Assembly (NCBI RefSeq): GCF_022539665.2
Contig: NC_081331.1
Location: forward strand, 1,674,001 to 1,738,000
Source of the DNA: Daphnia carinata
Lineage: Eukaryota
Reading direction: 5' to 3'
DNA: 64,000 nucleotides
Part shown: piece by piece, positions 37,901-52,744 of the stretch
Numbering within the stretch: the stretch's first letter is position 1
How the letters are laid out: each line of letters starts with the position of its first letter
Notes under the pieces: generated by a model
The model's database searches: none
Seen by the model: only the letters and a program-made list of their open reading frames with translations
Told to the model about the DNA's origin: nothing
Program-made: the position numbers and the translations under genes

Positions 37901-40900
37901 TAGTTTCTTTTTTCTCCCTTTTTTCCCAGCTAACTTTTACGATCGACAAAGTCAAACCAGATTTTGTGTTAACTTTTTCTTTTATGAGGAAAGAGGTATT
38001 TGATGCCCAGAGGCGAAAGCACACGTATTATTTTTTCAATGTTCTTTTACCGATCGACGGTCACCCCAAGGAAAGAAGTTTAGAAGTAAAAGTTTATCCT
38101 CAGCGACCGAGCGTTACCTTCAGCTGCCGATGGACGCCATTGGAGGGAATCGAGGGAAGTGTAACACACACTAAACAAGTAAAAGTTTATGCTGGGCTTA
38201 TCTAAACGTACACTTGTACCCTGATGTTTATGAGTGTATGTTGCTGGAGCCCGTGGTCAATTATATCCCAAACGTACTAGACCAATCGAAGAGTTCTCAG
38301 ATCGCAGCCTTCCCCGTTGCCATGGTTGAACGAAAAGGATTTTAGCTCACGTTGCGTGATGATATAGCCCCTATAGCATTATAATGGCAACCGGCCAAAG
38401 AGAATCTATGATTTTCTGTTTTTTAAAAAAATCTTCAAGGGCGTCTCGTATGAATAAAATCAATACAAATAAAACGGAAAATCAAGGTGTGTTTCAAGAT
38501 TTCCCCAAAGTCTATAAACTCAGCGGAAAACTGCAATTGGCCTCAATTGTGTTTTCTTTTTCGTGTTTTGGGCTAGAGATTTCCGTGTCACATGCTATTC
38601 TTAAATGGCCTCCTCGCAATTCGCCACACAAACATACACACACACAGAGAAATATAACTGATGCGTTGCAACGCGTTCGCCAAAGTCGTTTATTTTTTTG
38701 TTGCTCCTGCCGCGCTCCCGCGTTTGCTCGACTTTTTTCGGGAATGTGGGTTAAAACCCCACATAAAGTACGCCGAAGTCGTGCGTGTGTGTTGTTGTTG
38801 CCGCTGTTATGGCCAATGAAACAGAACGAAACAATCGAGATCACCGCCCATATAACCAACTCCTTTTAGGTAATTGTCACGCGAGTGCATAACCTCCCCT
38901 CTTTCTCTCTCTTCGTGAAATGTGAGCCTTACTTAATTAATGTCTCACCGGTTAAGCTACAGGCATATGAGCTTTTAAAAGAATGAAATATGCATTTGGT
39001 TGGCATAGGACAAAATACTTGTGAGAAACCCTGTTTTTTTTTTTACCCTTTCAATCCTTCTCTTAATGAGGAAAGAGGAGAAATTCGACCGTGACAAAAT
39101 CGTGAATTTACAGGAGATCTGTTTAAAAAAAAACAGAAAAAGAGGCGGTAAATTGCAGCTGATGTAGGCAATATGTAACCAAATAACGCAAAAAATTTAT
39201 TTAAATGTAGGAAGACAACAATCGACAGGCAAAAGGACGACGATGGTGAGCTAACTCCGATGCAGCACAACCACCTGTCCTGGAATCTTAAACGCTCTCT
39301 CGGACATTAGCGAAAATGAGTGGGCTACGATGTAGTGTGCTGATGCGCTTTCTCCTCGGAGAAGAAGAAAATTCTTCGTGATCAATGGATAATTGTTCAC
39401 GCTTGATAATCGAATTGGCAGCGCAGTACCGCCGCCATCATTCTCCCAGGAGAAGCGTTCGTTTTAAAATGGCGATAGGGAAAGAAAAAAAAGCCGATGT
39501 GTTCTACGACATAAGGTGAAAGAGCAAGTTAATGGTACGAATTGCGTGCCTAGTCATAATCTACACGATAAGAAAGCGGATATAATTGGGTTTTAGCATT
39601 TTGCATTACCGTAGTGTTGCAGTAGAATGGGCCGCATCTTCTTTTCTTAGCATTTTTCCTGCGGAACCGACATCCACCAAAAAGAATAATGCCTTTCCGC
39701 ATCTTTTATGTTACCATTAGCGTCATACCCTTAACGCTAGGCGGTATTAACCAAAAGTTAGCTCTGCGCAGTCCATTTGCTTTGCTGTTTTCTTCCCGTT
39801 GCATTCTGACTTTGTCACAAACACAACACGAGGCTGTTATTTGTAGCGCGGGATGAATAGGCAGGGGCCCTGTATTTACAGTCTGTTGACTCGTGAATTT
39901 GTGTGTGTGTTTTTGTTCGAACAATGACAGGCCAACAAGCAAAGATCACGGCAAGGATAGATTGTCAGTTTTTCGGTGATGCGCAGCATTAAAAAATATA
40001 TATGCGGCAGCCATAAGAAACAGTAAATGCATTCATAAGCGAATGGAAACGCGCAACAGCCCTTCGATTGTCTGTTTTAAACCGATGCGATGGAAAAAAA
40101 AAGGTTCCGCATTATTTTTTATTCAGTTTCGGAGTTGCCTACTTTGTTAGCGCTCGTTTGTCACGTCGTGTGTATTGTTGACCTCCTTTTACCGCAAAAA
40201 AAATAACATACACAAAATCCCCCTTCTGTGTGACCTCACTCTCTCTTAATATTCTTCCCAAACGTTAGCTTTTTTCCTATTTCTAATAAATAAATTTTCG
40301 CGTTCCTCCGAGCTATGTGCTAAAGCTGTAACCCGTTCAGTAGAAGGCAAAAAAATGTGGAGAAAATCGGAACGACGGACTGGCCAGGTGCTGGGCACGG
40401 AAAAAGAAAGATGATGACAAATTGGGCACACGTTGAATGAACTGCGAAAACAAATGAAAAATGATGACTAGGCGGCAGAACATGGATCTAATCTACGGGA
40501 AACAGAGAAATATCTAATGGGCAATTGATCGTGAGCAACGATCAAAAGTTACACGGTCGATTGCTACGCGAAAGGAAGAGAGAGATAATAACGACTTCAT
40601 CATTTTCCAGTTCATGGGATGAGTAAAAAACCCCCTGAAGATGATTCGGTACTGAAATAACAGCTGCACATCTTCTCCGGCCCGTCAGTCGATTGAATGG
40701 ATCAATCGTCGATTAGATTCCGTGAGTGGAGAAAGCGCGTCGTATTCACAACAAAACGTCTCTCGTACTGCGTGTACCGTGTTTTTTCCTTTTTTTTTTC
40801 TTTTCAATTTTAATTTTTATATTTGAAGCCGGTCTCCTGTTCCCTTTTTTTTTTGGTTCCTCTTTTCTCTTTTTTTGTTTCTTTCTCTGCTTTGCGCATG

Positions 40901-43900
40901 TTCAAAGTATTCGTGATTCGCGTGATTACCACTCAGACGGTGGTCCAAACATTTAAAGAAAAAGTGCATGAAGGAAGGCGGTATAGAGTCAAGATTTGAG
41001 TTAGTAAAACAGCACTATTTAGCTCCCTCCCCTCTTAAAGGAAAACAGAAAAAAAAATCATAATAATAAAAAAGAGCAAACAACTTAACAAAATTCTTGG
41101 AAATATATGCATTACTAGTTCTGTATTGTATAGGTATATATAGTCTGTAATCACCGCAATGCGTGCACTGGAACCATTTCCGGACATCAAAAAAGAAAAA
41201 AGAAAATAAAATGGACTGCCCTTCTTCGTCCAGGTAGTACTGCAGTACCTAGGATCTTGTACACTCATTTTTACTTTCAGTTCGCGGAGCAAGGAAGCGG
41301 CAAAACTCATCAGTGTAACTTTGTGCGTTACGACGTAAAATCGAAACCACCTGTTACGTCTTTGAGCTCACAACAACGGCGAGGAGAACTCACCTACAGA
41401 TGCCCAAAAGAAGAAGGGCGTGACGCATGAAGGCACTTTGGAAAAAGGAAAAAAAAAAGATGAAACCAAATGAACGAACAAAACGACAAACGAGAAGAAG
41501 AAACAATTGCCTTTTTTTGTGTGTGTGTGTGTGTTCTTTTGTGAAAACTTTTCCAAGTCGAGTGATTTTGGTGGTTGTTTTTTTTTTTTTTGCTTATAGC
41601 TGCGCTCTCGATTACTTAAGACATCTTTTCGATGTTTCTATTCTTCTCAACTTTTTACGGGTTCCTAAGACGAAAGGTAAAAAAGAGAAAATGAAATAAG
41701 GAAGAAGCGGAATACAAGGAAAGATTGTGCGACCTTTCCACTCTCTGTTGCTCTACGCCGCGTCCGTAATGATTTGGGAACCCGCTCTGAAACTTCATAA
41801 AGCGCCGCAACCTTTTTTTTTTTGCTTTTTATTTTCTCCCCAAAAAAGATAGAAAAAATAAAAAAGGAGGGGGAAGAAGAAAACAGATAGATGTCGGTGC
41901 AACGAGCGAAGAGAACTTATTTACTCGGTCGTAAAACAAATGGGAATGAAGACGAAGACTCGCTTTTCTTTTCCTCATTTTTCCTTTTTTTTTTCAGTCC
42001 GGCGTCCTATGAGCCAGTTGATATGGCCCGAAAAAAACAAAAGATATAGATATACATATATAATATACAGTAGATTTCTACACTTACTAGGCCCTATACA
42101 GGTTCATCCATCATGAACGTTTCTCTCTTTCCATCACGGCTTTTGATCTTTTTTCTTTTTTCCCTTAAAAAGAAAAGCCACACGTTGCTGCAGGTAGCGA
42201 AAAGCGCCAGCAGCGAGAGATGTTTTTTGAAAAAACCCCCGAACCGCCATGGCATCAGCAACAGCAGGAAGAAGATGATGAAAAATGGTAAAGGACCAGT
42301 CCAAACAGACACGAAGCGACCAAAAGGCAATCGCATTGGAAGCGGCGGTGCGCCCGTTTGCTTCGTAACTTTCACCTGCGGTCAGTTGCGCCAGCCACAG
42401 TCGCCGAACAGAGAAACGATTACACCACACAATTCGACTTCTTCTTCTTGTATACATATATATTTTTTTTTTCTTTTTACAATTTGTTTCCCCTCTTGAA
42501 GTCTGCATAAATAATGGACCCAACAGGGAGAAGTAAGAGGGAAAAAAAGTGTCTAGTCGGGACTCAGGTGTCCATTATAAAGGGGGTGCGAGAGATTATT
42601 TGCTGCTCTTTCATATTTTTTTTTTTTGTTACGTTCTTCTTCTTGTATTTCCCCTTTTGGCGGGAACATACCCGTATATGTAGTAGAATCTTTTCCACAT
42701 GACAAGAGCCCTTGACTGCGATCATTTCTTTTTTCTTCTTCCTAAGTTCTTTTCTTTAAAGATGCCTGCTGTGCCCTTTGATCACGATGAGTAAGGCGTC
42801 CTTGTCTACCTGTTCTTCCTCAATCAGTTGATATTTCTCATGATCTTAAACTTACTAACCAACGAGGAAAACGAAAAATAGCATTTAGAATGAACGTCGT
42901 CGTTTAAAGCGATGGGGCTTGTACGTTTAGTCACGTTTTGATCTCATCACATTGGCATTCGTTCTCCCGTTTTCTCTCCAAGTCACCGGCCATAAATTCA
43001 GTTGGAGAAAGTCGAGTTTATTTTTGCGGAGTCTTTACTCGTTCCATAAGTACGGACACTACATCTTCCGTTCTTTTAAGCTTTGGCCAAGTTAAAAAGA
43101 TACAAGAAATGTCCAGCACGTCGTGTTCCTCCATCCTGTTGTCCCTCGCCAAGATTGTTTAACAAAATTTGGCACTTGGCGGGTGTGTTGCCCTTTCTGT
43201 AAGAGACCCCCTAGTGCTGCTGGGGGATCTTTGTTGTTATTTTCCGTTTGCTTTCCATTTGTTGGGCCAACACGTCTGGCCAAGTCCTCTTTCGACAGCC
43301 ATAATCCCCACAGCATGTACAAAAGAGCTGTTTTATCTTGCTGTGTCTGCCGGATTGTGTATATCCTCGAGAGAGACTAACCAATCAAGCCAATGCCTAA
43401 TAAGGTCTGCACTTTATAGAACTAATTCCATGTGAAAGAGAAAAGGAGAAACAGCAGCCAACCCGTCATCTTTGACAATAAAAACTATATCAGTCAGAGA
43501 AATCAAAACAAAGAAAAAAAAAATGCCACGTATTTCTCCCTAGCAATTTGCTGGGTCAGCGCTCCTATTTTGGCACATATTATTAAAGGCAAAAAAAAAA
43601 AAAAAGGAAAAGAAGCTTTGGAGAACAAGCTTTTTTTTTTTTTAATCCTAGCTGAACTACTATATACAGCCGCACAGCAAAAAAACCCAGCGTACGTTAC
43701 ACACTGGGGAATCACGCGGTGAAAGTGGCGTTTGAACGTTAGCAGCCTATGTGTCTGGGCCGTCCCCATGTGTCTAGTTCTTCAGTATTCCTTTATTCTT
43801 CACTGTAATTTTTTTGTGTGTGCGTACCCCTCTTCCTTCTCATTCGTTTCTATGTATTTTTAGTGAGCCAAGCACGCTCGACTGCCTTGCGCGTTTCAGC

Positions 43901-46900
43901 GTTATCAAAGCGCATTCCGTCTACAAGTAGCAGATGGACATGAGCAACTGATATAATGACCGTGATGCTCGACAACTGTATCCTACGTTTCTGTCTCTGC
44001 CTATAGGCCTAGTTGGCGTTATTAACTAGCGGCTAGTACATGTTTTTTCTCTTCACTATCTCATATATCTCTCCAGGATACTTCGTATACCGTCCACTCG
44101 GCTGCGCAAAGGCCTGACGATGAGGGACGAGGAGGAAAAAAACACTTTTTTCTTTCGTTTTTTTTTTTTTTTTTTTGAAAAATAAGAATCCATTAATGTG
44201 AAAGTATATTTGACGGCGGAACGGGAGGGGCGGGAGCTGTTGATGATGATGAGCTATGGCCAAACTCGCCCGTCGGGGCTTTCCGTCGTCGTTGAGTAAT
44301 CACACACCGACCTTCCGTACACAATATTATCGTATCGTTGCTTCATAACTTTCATTGAAAGTAGAATTCTTTTACCTTCCAGTCAAATTCTTTCTTTAAA
44401 AAAACTTTCGATGTTTCTTTCCGTTCTTGTGGGGTAGTAGAAATTTGTAGATATATAATAAGGACTACAAGTTATTTAGTTCTCAATTGACTTCTGTAGT
44501 GGGTGTACGATGATGGACCGTTTCCCTCATGTACCTTAAGCCCCCTCCCGCCTTATGTAGCCTCCATATGATAGAAGGTAAGGCCAACTAGTCACCTGCC
44601 ATCAGATGTAATCAACTGCACGCGTGTGGTCAAGCGCAACGTTCCATGACAGGCTATTAGGAGATTCAAAGGCAATGAAATAATGGATCGCCCTTGACTA
44701 GGTGGATGAGGTTTTCAATGTTTCAATCCACGTTCCGAAAAAGGACAACCTTGCCCCCCCCCCCCCCTCCTCCATAAATTTTGGGAGAATCATGTATCGA
44801 GGAGCAATTAAGGGCGAATGACGTATACAGCTATACACGCAGTTTGGGCCGGCTCGGAGAAATTGAATCAGGACATCCAGAGTATGGGAATATCGGTTAA
44901 GCCTTCTTCAACCACCGCCTCAATCCGCTTCGAATAAGCACCTGCAGCAATCGATGACGTCATTCTGATTGTAATTATCGCACACGCAATGAGAGATAGA
45001 AGCCAATAACTCTGCCCAGCAACAGGAGCGACTTCAAACTTTCAGATCCAATGGTTAGATGTTTCCCCGCATGTTTTTCACGGAAGAATTTCACACTTTC
45101 AGGCACATTTAAACAAACCAGAAAAATGTCGGTGGGTCACTTTCTAGCGTATCACAGTCGTAAAACGCCTGATATTCTATGAATATTAAAATTTAATACT
45201 CAGGTAGTCGTCGTTTTTTTAAATTGAACGAAGATTTAAGGACAACATCTGGACTTGAGAAGGTTATAGAGTTTAAATGTGTTCTGTTATTAACATTTAA
45301 CTCTCTACATGATACAAGGGTGCATTGCCATAAAAACTAAACCACCAAAAAAAGAAGAACACTAATTCCAGATGTTTAAATGTTAACGATCGTTTGATTA
45401 AACGGGCTCATTTTTGGTTTTAGATGGGGAAAAAAAAAAAGATGAACTTGAGTAGTTGAAAAATGGACAAAAAAATACGACTGCTATCGCCTGTCACGTA
45501 TAACACATAATAGACATTTGATTCGCTGTTGGAAGATGAGCGACGAAAATTGGTGAAAGACGAGCCAAGCTGAGGGAGAGCAACTTGTGACACCTAATAG
45601 GTCCTTAAGACAGCCATTTTCTATTCAAGTAAACGTTAACTGACGTGTTGTGAATATGAGGGACTTTGGCTTTCTATTCGTCCGGCACCAGAAATGAAAA
45701 AGAAAAAGGCAACAGGTGAAAGAAAAAAAAACAGCCATTTACTTTTTGATATTTGAAAAAGAAATTCTTCGCCTTTTATTTTTCCTCGTTCCTATACATG
45801 TTCCATGATGATTATTATCCTATATATGTATATATACTAGATACGTTGCCACCAACTACAACAGCTAAACTACTATACTTTAGTTTTATTTCATTTCGAG
45901 ACCGCGGGGAATTGCGTTGGCATCTGGTGTGATGCGCGCTGTTGAATTCACGCGCCGACCGGAAAACAATCGGTACTGTTGGCAGCCTGGAAGTGGCGAC
46001 GACGCAACCGTGGAAAATTCAGACTAACAGACAGCCGACTGTTTGGCCAGTGGGCCAACGTTGACCAGTCAGAAAGCAGAATAAGACAGATAGAGAAAGA
46101 AAAGAAAATGAAATTAGTATGGCCGCATCTGTACGTGTGTGCGCGCTCCCTGCGTGAGTTCAAATAACCAGTCTTGGCCGAATGATGGAAGACGAAAGAA
46201 ATTTGTTTTTCACTTCTTTTTCTTTTTAGAAAAGAAAAAGAAAAAGTAATATGTATGTGTGTTTAATAACATAAGGAAGGAGATATGAGAAGACGAAGTG
46301 AAAAGCAAAAGAGTCTCTGCTGGAAGCGTAAAAATAAAATACGTAAGAAGAAATTCGTTGACGTTCTGAGCTGGATTTACTACGCCATCTTTTCTTGGTG
46401 CGGAGAGCAAGTTTATGAAAATAAAGAAGGAATGCCCGAGATGTTCCGCATTCTCACATTTTTTTCGAGCACAAAGTCAAAACAACGACGGTAAACCAAA
46501 AGGTCTAAGAGCATGACAATCTTTCCGACTTTACTCTCAATCATATTCAAAAGGTTTACAAATAGCCTTTTTTGAAAAAGAAAAAAGAAAAGAGAACGGA
46601 CAAAAACAATAGGGCAGTCTCAACATTTTTTGCTGACCGAGATCAAATCTTCGTATTTTATAAGGAAAAGAGAGTCCATTTTTACGGAATGTCATGGGCT
46701 TGTCCGATCGAAACACGCCGGAATCGAGTTCAGGCATCACGAAGATGATGACGAACGTATCCAATCCATATCCAAGTGGTTACGCTTCGCATTCTTTCTT
46801 CTTCTGTACCGGTTCCGAGAAGGAACAAACCGCTCTAGAAAAAAAAAGAACTAAACAAAAGCAAAAAAAAAAAAAAAAAGGCTGACTATAAAAAAAACAA

Positions 46901-49900
46901 GAGTCAACAATCGCTAGGAAAAGAATAATTAGTTTGGAACGGAACGATTTGTTACTGGTCTTATTCCGCTTTTTTTTTTTCTTCGTGGAAGGAACAAAAA
47001 AAAACGTCGATGGGTATAAAACAACAATGTATAACAAGCTAGACCTTTTAGATCCACCGTTCCGGACGGGCAACAGCCACAGAAAATTGCTGAAAAAAAC
47101 GAAAACTAAGTGGTCCAAGAACTATCGCCATATTTTGTGCTTTTGATCCATTTTTTTTATTGTTTCATCCTCGACTAGTTAGACCTTACGATGCGTTGGG
47201 AAAACTTTCATGTAAATCAGACCAATAAATAATATACTGCTGCATGTGTATCTTTAGTTGAATGAAAAAGATCAGGAATGTTGTCACGGCTATCAATTCT
47301 TGTTCCTCGACATTTTCACTGCAAGAACTTGACACAATTTCTTTAACTTGTTTCATTTGTTTTTTTTTTCTTTCCGCTTTACAGTCCTCCTTACTGTCAT
47401 CGGATGCCGCGTGATTGTTACCGAGAGGGGAAGGCCACGGCGAATGAATGAACATGACGCGACTTGAATTCGAGCAAAATCGTAAAACTCCAAACCAAAA
47501 ATAATAACAGACATAAAAAGAAAATGCGTTTCTTTTTAATTCAAACTTTTTTTTCTTGCATTGTTTCAGAACTTCTCTTCGAAAAGGAGAAAACTTAGAA
47601 AAACAGCATACACTTGTTTTATAACGCAAAGCGTTGGTTGTTGTCAAATTCATGCCAATTAACGTCCGGTTAATGACACATTGGTGAAAACTTTGATTGT
47701 GCATCGAGATCGCTTGTCTCTCTCATTGTGTCGGTTCAGACCCAAATGCGTCGGCAAAATTCCTTTTCATTTTTGTTTTCTCGAAAAAGACACGGAAAAT
47801 AAGGCCCTTGTGCGTGCAGCTGCGATTTAAAACAAGAAAAAAGAAACAAAAGCACAAGAAAAAGGAGAGCGCTGCGCTCTTATCTTATCTGATCTACTTC
47901 TTTTTTTTTTCCACCCTTCCTCAATGCGCTGCTGCTGTGGTCTCGTCGCTTTGACGGCATTTCTAGGTGACGAAGATGACGAGACGAAAAGCCGGAAAAA
48001 ATTAAAGATGGGTCGTGGCGGACGAAAATTCGGCGGCAATGCATCGCAATCACAATTGGAAGCGGCGAGACAGTGACTTTCTAGAAATCTTTTTTAATCT
48101 TATATTTTTAGCTGACGTATTAAACATATCTTCTGTCGCCAGCATTGGGTGAATGAAACATAAATGGTATAATAGCCTCAGAGAAATAGTACCGGTAAAG
48201 TACAATCATTCCTTTTTGCATTGGTGCAATTACACGTACGGCCGCATATGTACGCAATCATTGTCTTTTCTTAACCAGTTGAGTTGCGTCACAAAGCAAA
48301 ATAAGTGGAAGCGTCCATGCCAACATGTTTCCTTGCCTAGCATTTAACTTTTGGGGCGGGGCGACAATAATTTTGTTCCTTTTTTTTTTCTCTCTCTTTC
48401 TCTCTCTCTTTTAAAATAAGCGCTGTCAAATTCGTTGATGCGTTCTATCTAACCAAGTAACCATAACGGATAAAAATTGCCTTTTCTCTTTCTTATTATC
48501 ATTTTTTTTTTCTAATTTTGCTGTCTTTCACTGAACGACGATGATAGCAGAAAAAAGCGTTGTTGCGAATCGTCGTCGCGTTGCCCCAAATAGAAATGAG
48601 TTCCATTATGTAAACGATGGCCCCCCTCTCTTTCCAATCAGACGAATCGATACGATAGCAATGAAACCCGTTTGAATAGACAACTACGTTGCCTGCGACC
48701 TGTTACTGCCTTCCATTCAGAGAAACCTAGAAAAAAAAAGAGACGAATTATTATTCAAAACGCAGCACGCGGAAAGAAATCACACAACAAAAATTGGAGG
48801 GAATAAGAAGGGGAAAGAAATGCTATTGAATTTCGTGAGAGCTCCACTTCGTTTGTTTCCGTGTTTCTTTGGCTCAAACATTCTTGCATATGTAGAAATG
48901 CTCTTTCCATCAGCTTCTTCCATGTTACTGCGTGCACACACGAGCAATGCGTATGTATATTCGTTATTCCTCGTGTGTATTTTAGACTGCCCCATTGTTC
49001 CCACCACGTAACGCCCCTGCAAATGAGGACTGCGTCGAAAGCTTTCCCCCGCCAGCGACTGCTTGGTAATCACAAGCAAAAAAAAAAAAAAAAAAAGAAA
49101 AAGACAAAATGCAATGACATGGAAAAAAAGCGAAACAAAACCGCACGATTGTGATTTGAATTCAACGGCATTTCTCATCAACGGGGCTATGGATATATTC
49201 TATCTGCAAGCGCAAAAACCCTGAATGGATAAAAGAGACAATAAAAGAAAGCAAATGGAACACGTCGTAATAGACTCTGTTTATACGAAATGCTGTTGCT
49301 ACAAAAGAAAGGAGAAAACAAAAATAGTTTCCAAGGAATTCGATTTTGCCAATCGAGATATCCAACTTTGAAAGATATCAAATACAATTAAAGACACTAT
49401 AAAAATCAGAAACAATACGGTATGTAAGCCAACATCAGCTGCGAGTGTCTCTACCGTCAAAGATGCTTGCACCAGTCCCCCCCCAAAAAAAAACTGGGTC
49501 TTCGTCTCTTGCGGTAAAATACGCTAGCCCAACGTAACTATAAATCGAAATTTTTTCTCATAGACCACGAGCTCGTATTGCGTTTTTACAATAGGCTATA
49601 ATTTTATTAGATCTCTATTTTACGGATGAAGACTAATTAACCGGGAGGCTGTGTTTCTTTCTTGGACGCTGTCGTCACTCGAATGTAGGTAATTCAGCGA
49701 TCGTATATAGTAACATCGCTACATAAAACGGCACACATAACCATCTCCGACACGCAGAATACGTGACGCTGCTCCGTTATAGACAATTGAAGAGAAAGCG
49801 GATCAAATAGATAGCCAACTCGAGGAGAAGATGCGCCAAAAAGAAAAAAAAAAGCGCAGGGGGATGTATATATGTGTGTGCAAAGTGCTTGACGAGATTG

Positions 49901-52744
49901 AGTTGCTGTTTTACTCCTCTAACTTTGTTTTCTCTTCCTTTTTCTATGAAGAGGACTGGCAAAAAGACACGAACGTAAAAGAAAAAAAAAAAATAGGAAA
50001 ATGGGAAAAAACAAAAGAAACACATTGGAAGAGAAAATATACGTGTAAGACGGATTTAGTTTTTTGGACGGCACGCTGAGTTTGGACACTATAAACAATT
50101 CATTCTAGTGGCAGGCCGCGGGAATGGCGCAAGAACGGGTTCGGCCCCCCCATGCATTCGCACATATAGTACAGCAATGCACTCTATTAGTGCACATCCT
50201 TCTTTGGACTATAAGAAGCCTTCAAGCGATAGAGGAGAGACAGAGAAAATGAAAAATAAAAATCTTACAATCTTTTATTTACGATGGCAAATGAAAAGTG
50301 AGAAAAGGAAGGTCCGCCACATATAAACGGTAGGAAGAAAATCTTCGAATGGCCCACTAAGAGAAAAACATTTGTGGCAGTTAGTTGTTGACGTCAACTT
50401 TCGCCAAAAGGAAGAGTAATGGACTATCTTTTCTCTTCGTTTCTTACTTCTTCTTTCTACATCTACAAAGCGCTGCTGTTGGGCTATTTTATGCTTTTTT
50501 GTTTTCTTCTCTTCTCCTACATCGATCCCAAAAAAGGAGTGTCGTCCTCGTCTATCTCTTATCTAGTCAACCTCTTGAACCCAATTTCCCTTTCGCCCTA
50601 ACCTCTTATCATGTCCGGATTCCAATATAAGAAAATGGTTGATGATGGACGCCAATCACGTTATTATAAAACGAAAAAGAAAAAGAAAAAAGAAAAAATG
50701 GGTGGAACGTGTACGCAAACCGACAGGCTTATCATAAGGCTCTGCATGGGGTTCACGGCACGACTCAATCAAGCGTTTCAGTAGAAAAACGACGACAATA
50801 ACAACAATGTAAAATATTTGTAGTGTTTGTGTACATCTACTAAAACATAAATTTTCAAAAAGCTTCCCTCTTTTTTTTATCTTCCTCCGCGTAAATCGTG
50901 CCGCGTTGTTTTTTTTTTTAGCAATGTTCAGTATGTGAATGTCGAAGCGGCCCAGTCACGATCCCCATGCGCCTTCAATCAATCTGTTCTTGGCGTAGGT
51001 GCGATCTGAGGCCTTCGTGCAAGCCGATGTTCTTGCAGCTTGTCATTTTTGTTTTTCATTTCCTATTTTGTTTTTGACGACTAGAATACAATGTTTCAAA
51101 ACACCACTCAAAACAACAGCCTCATCGATCGGATGTTCCGCGTTCCGCTGAACATCTCCTACACTCCTGTTTGTTGGCCATTGAGTACACATAAAAAAAA
51201 AGGTGGATGTGCATTACTATGTGGCCGTTTTTATAAATGAAAGAGAGAGGTGTAAAGAAAAGATTTCTTTGTACACCCAACTGCAGCTTTAAAAAAAAAA
51301 AAAAAGGAAAGACGAAGAAAATAAAAAGTGTGTCAAAGTAACAGGTCATCCTCATTCCGTTTGAAAAATGCCTTGGCGGAAATGCCATTTGACTAAAGAA
51401 GTGGACAAACGAAAACAAAAACCTAATCGATAGGGCATTATTGTGTCCATCGTTCTATATTTGAGCGAAGACGATAAGGAAAGAGAGAAAGTGTTCCAGT
51501 GACAGATACAGGTTTTGAGGGCACACAGCAATGAAGATGCTGCCCGGCTGAACTAGCCACCAGTAGTTAGGGCATTGGAATCGTTCTTCTTTCACAGCAT
51601 CTCATGCCACTAACAGAACCACCCTTTTATTTGAATTCTCCCTCGTGTGTTGTCCGCTGGCATTTTAAATATCATAAAATGAGATCAGGGAGGACGAAAG
51701 GGAAAAGAGAAGGTTCTTCCTCATTTCTTTCTCCACTGCCTTCTCCATCACCATCATTCGAAAAATCACGTACGTGCTGGTCTTCAACTACTATTTTTAT
51801 TCTCTTCTTCATTTCACCCCCATTCCCGAAATTCTTTTGCCCAAAACCAAACCGGATGCGTGTAAAAATTTCGATTGCAGATTTGTTTGTGAATTCATTT
51901 TACATGATTAGACAGCAATCTAATCTACTACACTCACACACGTACGTATAGAAAATGCAATGGGGAGCCCAGAATCCGATGCCATTTGTATGGACGTGCA
52001 GTTGTAGTCTGCTGTGTTCGGAGAAAAAGAGAAGTCTAGGTGTTGAGGCGGGCAGAAAAAAAAGGTAGGAAGGTAGGCGGCCCCAAGCCCGACTGACCTA
52101 CATTTTCCCGTTTCCCTTCTTTAAAAAAAAAAAGCCACCATCACTGGCTTAGCTATGCTTGCAAGCTTATAGTGTAAAAAAAAAAAAGCTTCTCTCTTTC
52201 TCTCTCAACAAGAATGGGGAGGTGGGCGGCAAAGGGGATGGCCAGCCAGTGTGTAAGCATAGCCACGTACCGATCGAAGGTGAAAGGGACTCCCCTTATA
52301 TATTTAGGCAGGAGGATTCCTTCAACCTGTTCGTACACGCTCTTGAGATATCGAGCAAGGACGGTGGTGCTCCCAGTGTGCTCCTTCATTCACCGCATCG
52401 AGTGCCTTACATCTTCTGTTTTCCGTCTACTGTACAAGTATACACAGTTCCTCTTACTCTAGACCTATAGAGCCGGAGAAAAAGCCGCAAGTGTCCCGCA
52501 ATTTGTAAGATTCACGCCAGCTATATCGACAGGTGAGCTGCGCTAATAATTTCGACCTGGTTCTTAACGTTATTACGAGCCAAAGAAAAACGTTACACGT
52601 AGTTTTTGTTTTTCCTCCCTAAATTTTTTTTTTTTGTTTGAAACAGATATCAGCTGTTTAAGTCCCCATTCCCGTTTTGCACGAGGAGAAAATAACTGAA
52701 GCGCACGCGCTCACGCCGGTTCAACGCAAGAAAGTCGAGAGAAA

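Noticed and set aside
38316..38331. X-box-like GTTGCCATGGTTGAAC
   Set aside because: Only one good half-site, and no adjacent gene start identified.
44754..44767. C14 homopolymer as a functional G4/i-motif
   Set aside because: An isolated homopolymer without context; such runs are common and error-prone in assemblies.
34160..52000. Dozens of 60-170 aa Phe/Lys-rich ORFs in the ORF track
   Set aside because: Their composition reflects poly-T/poly-A tracts; no domains or consistent exon structure.
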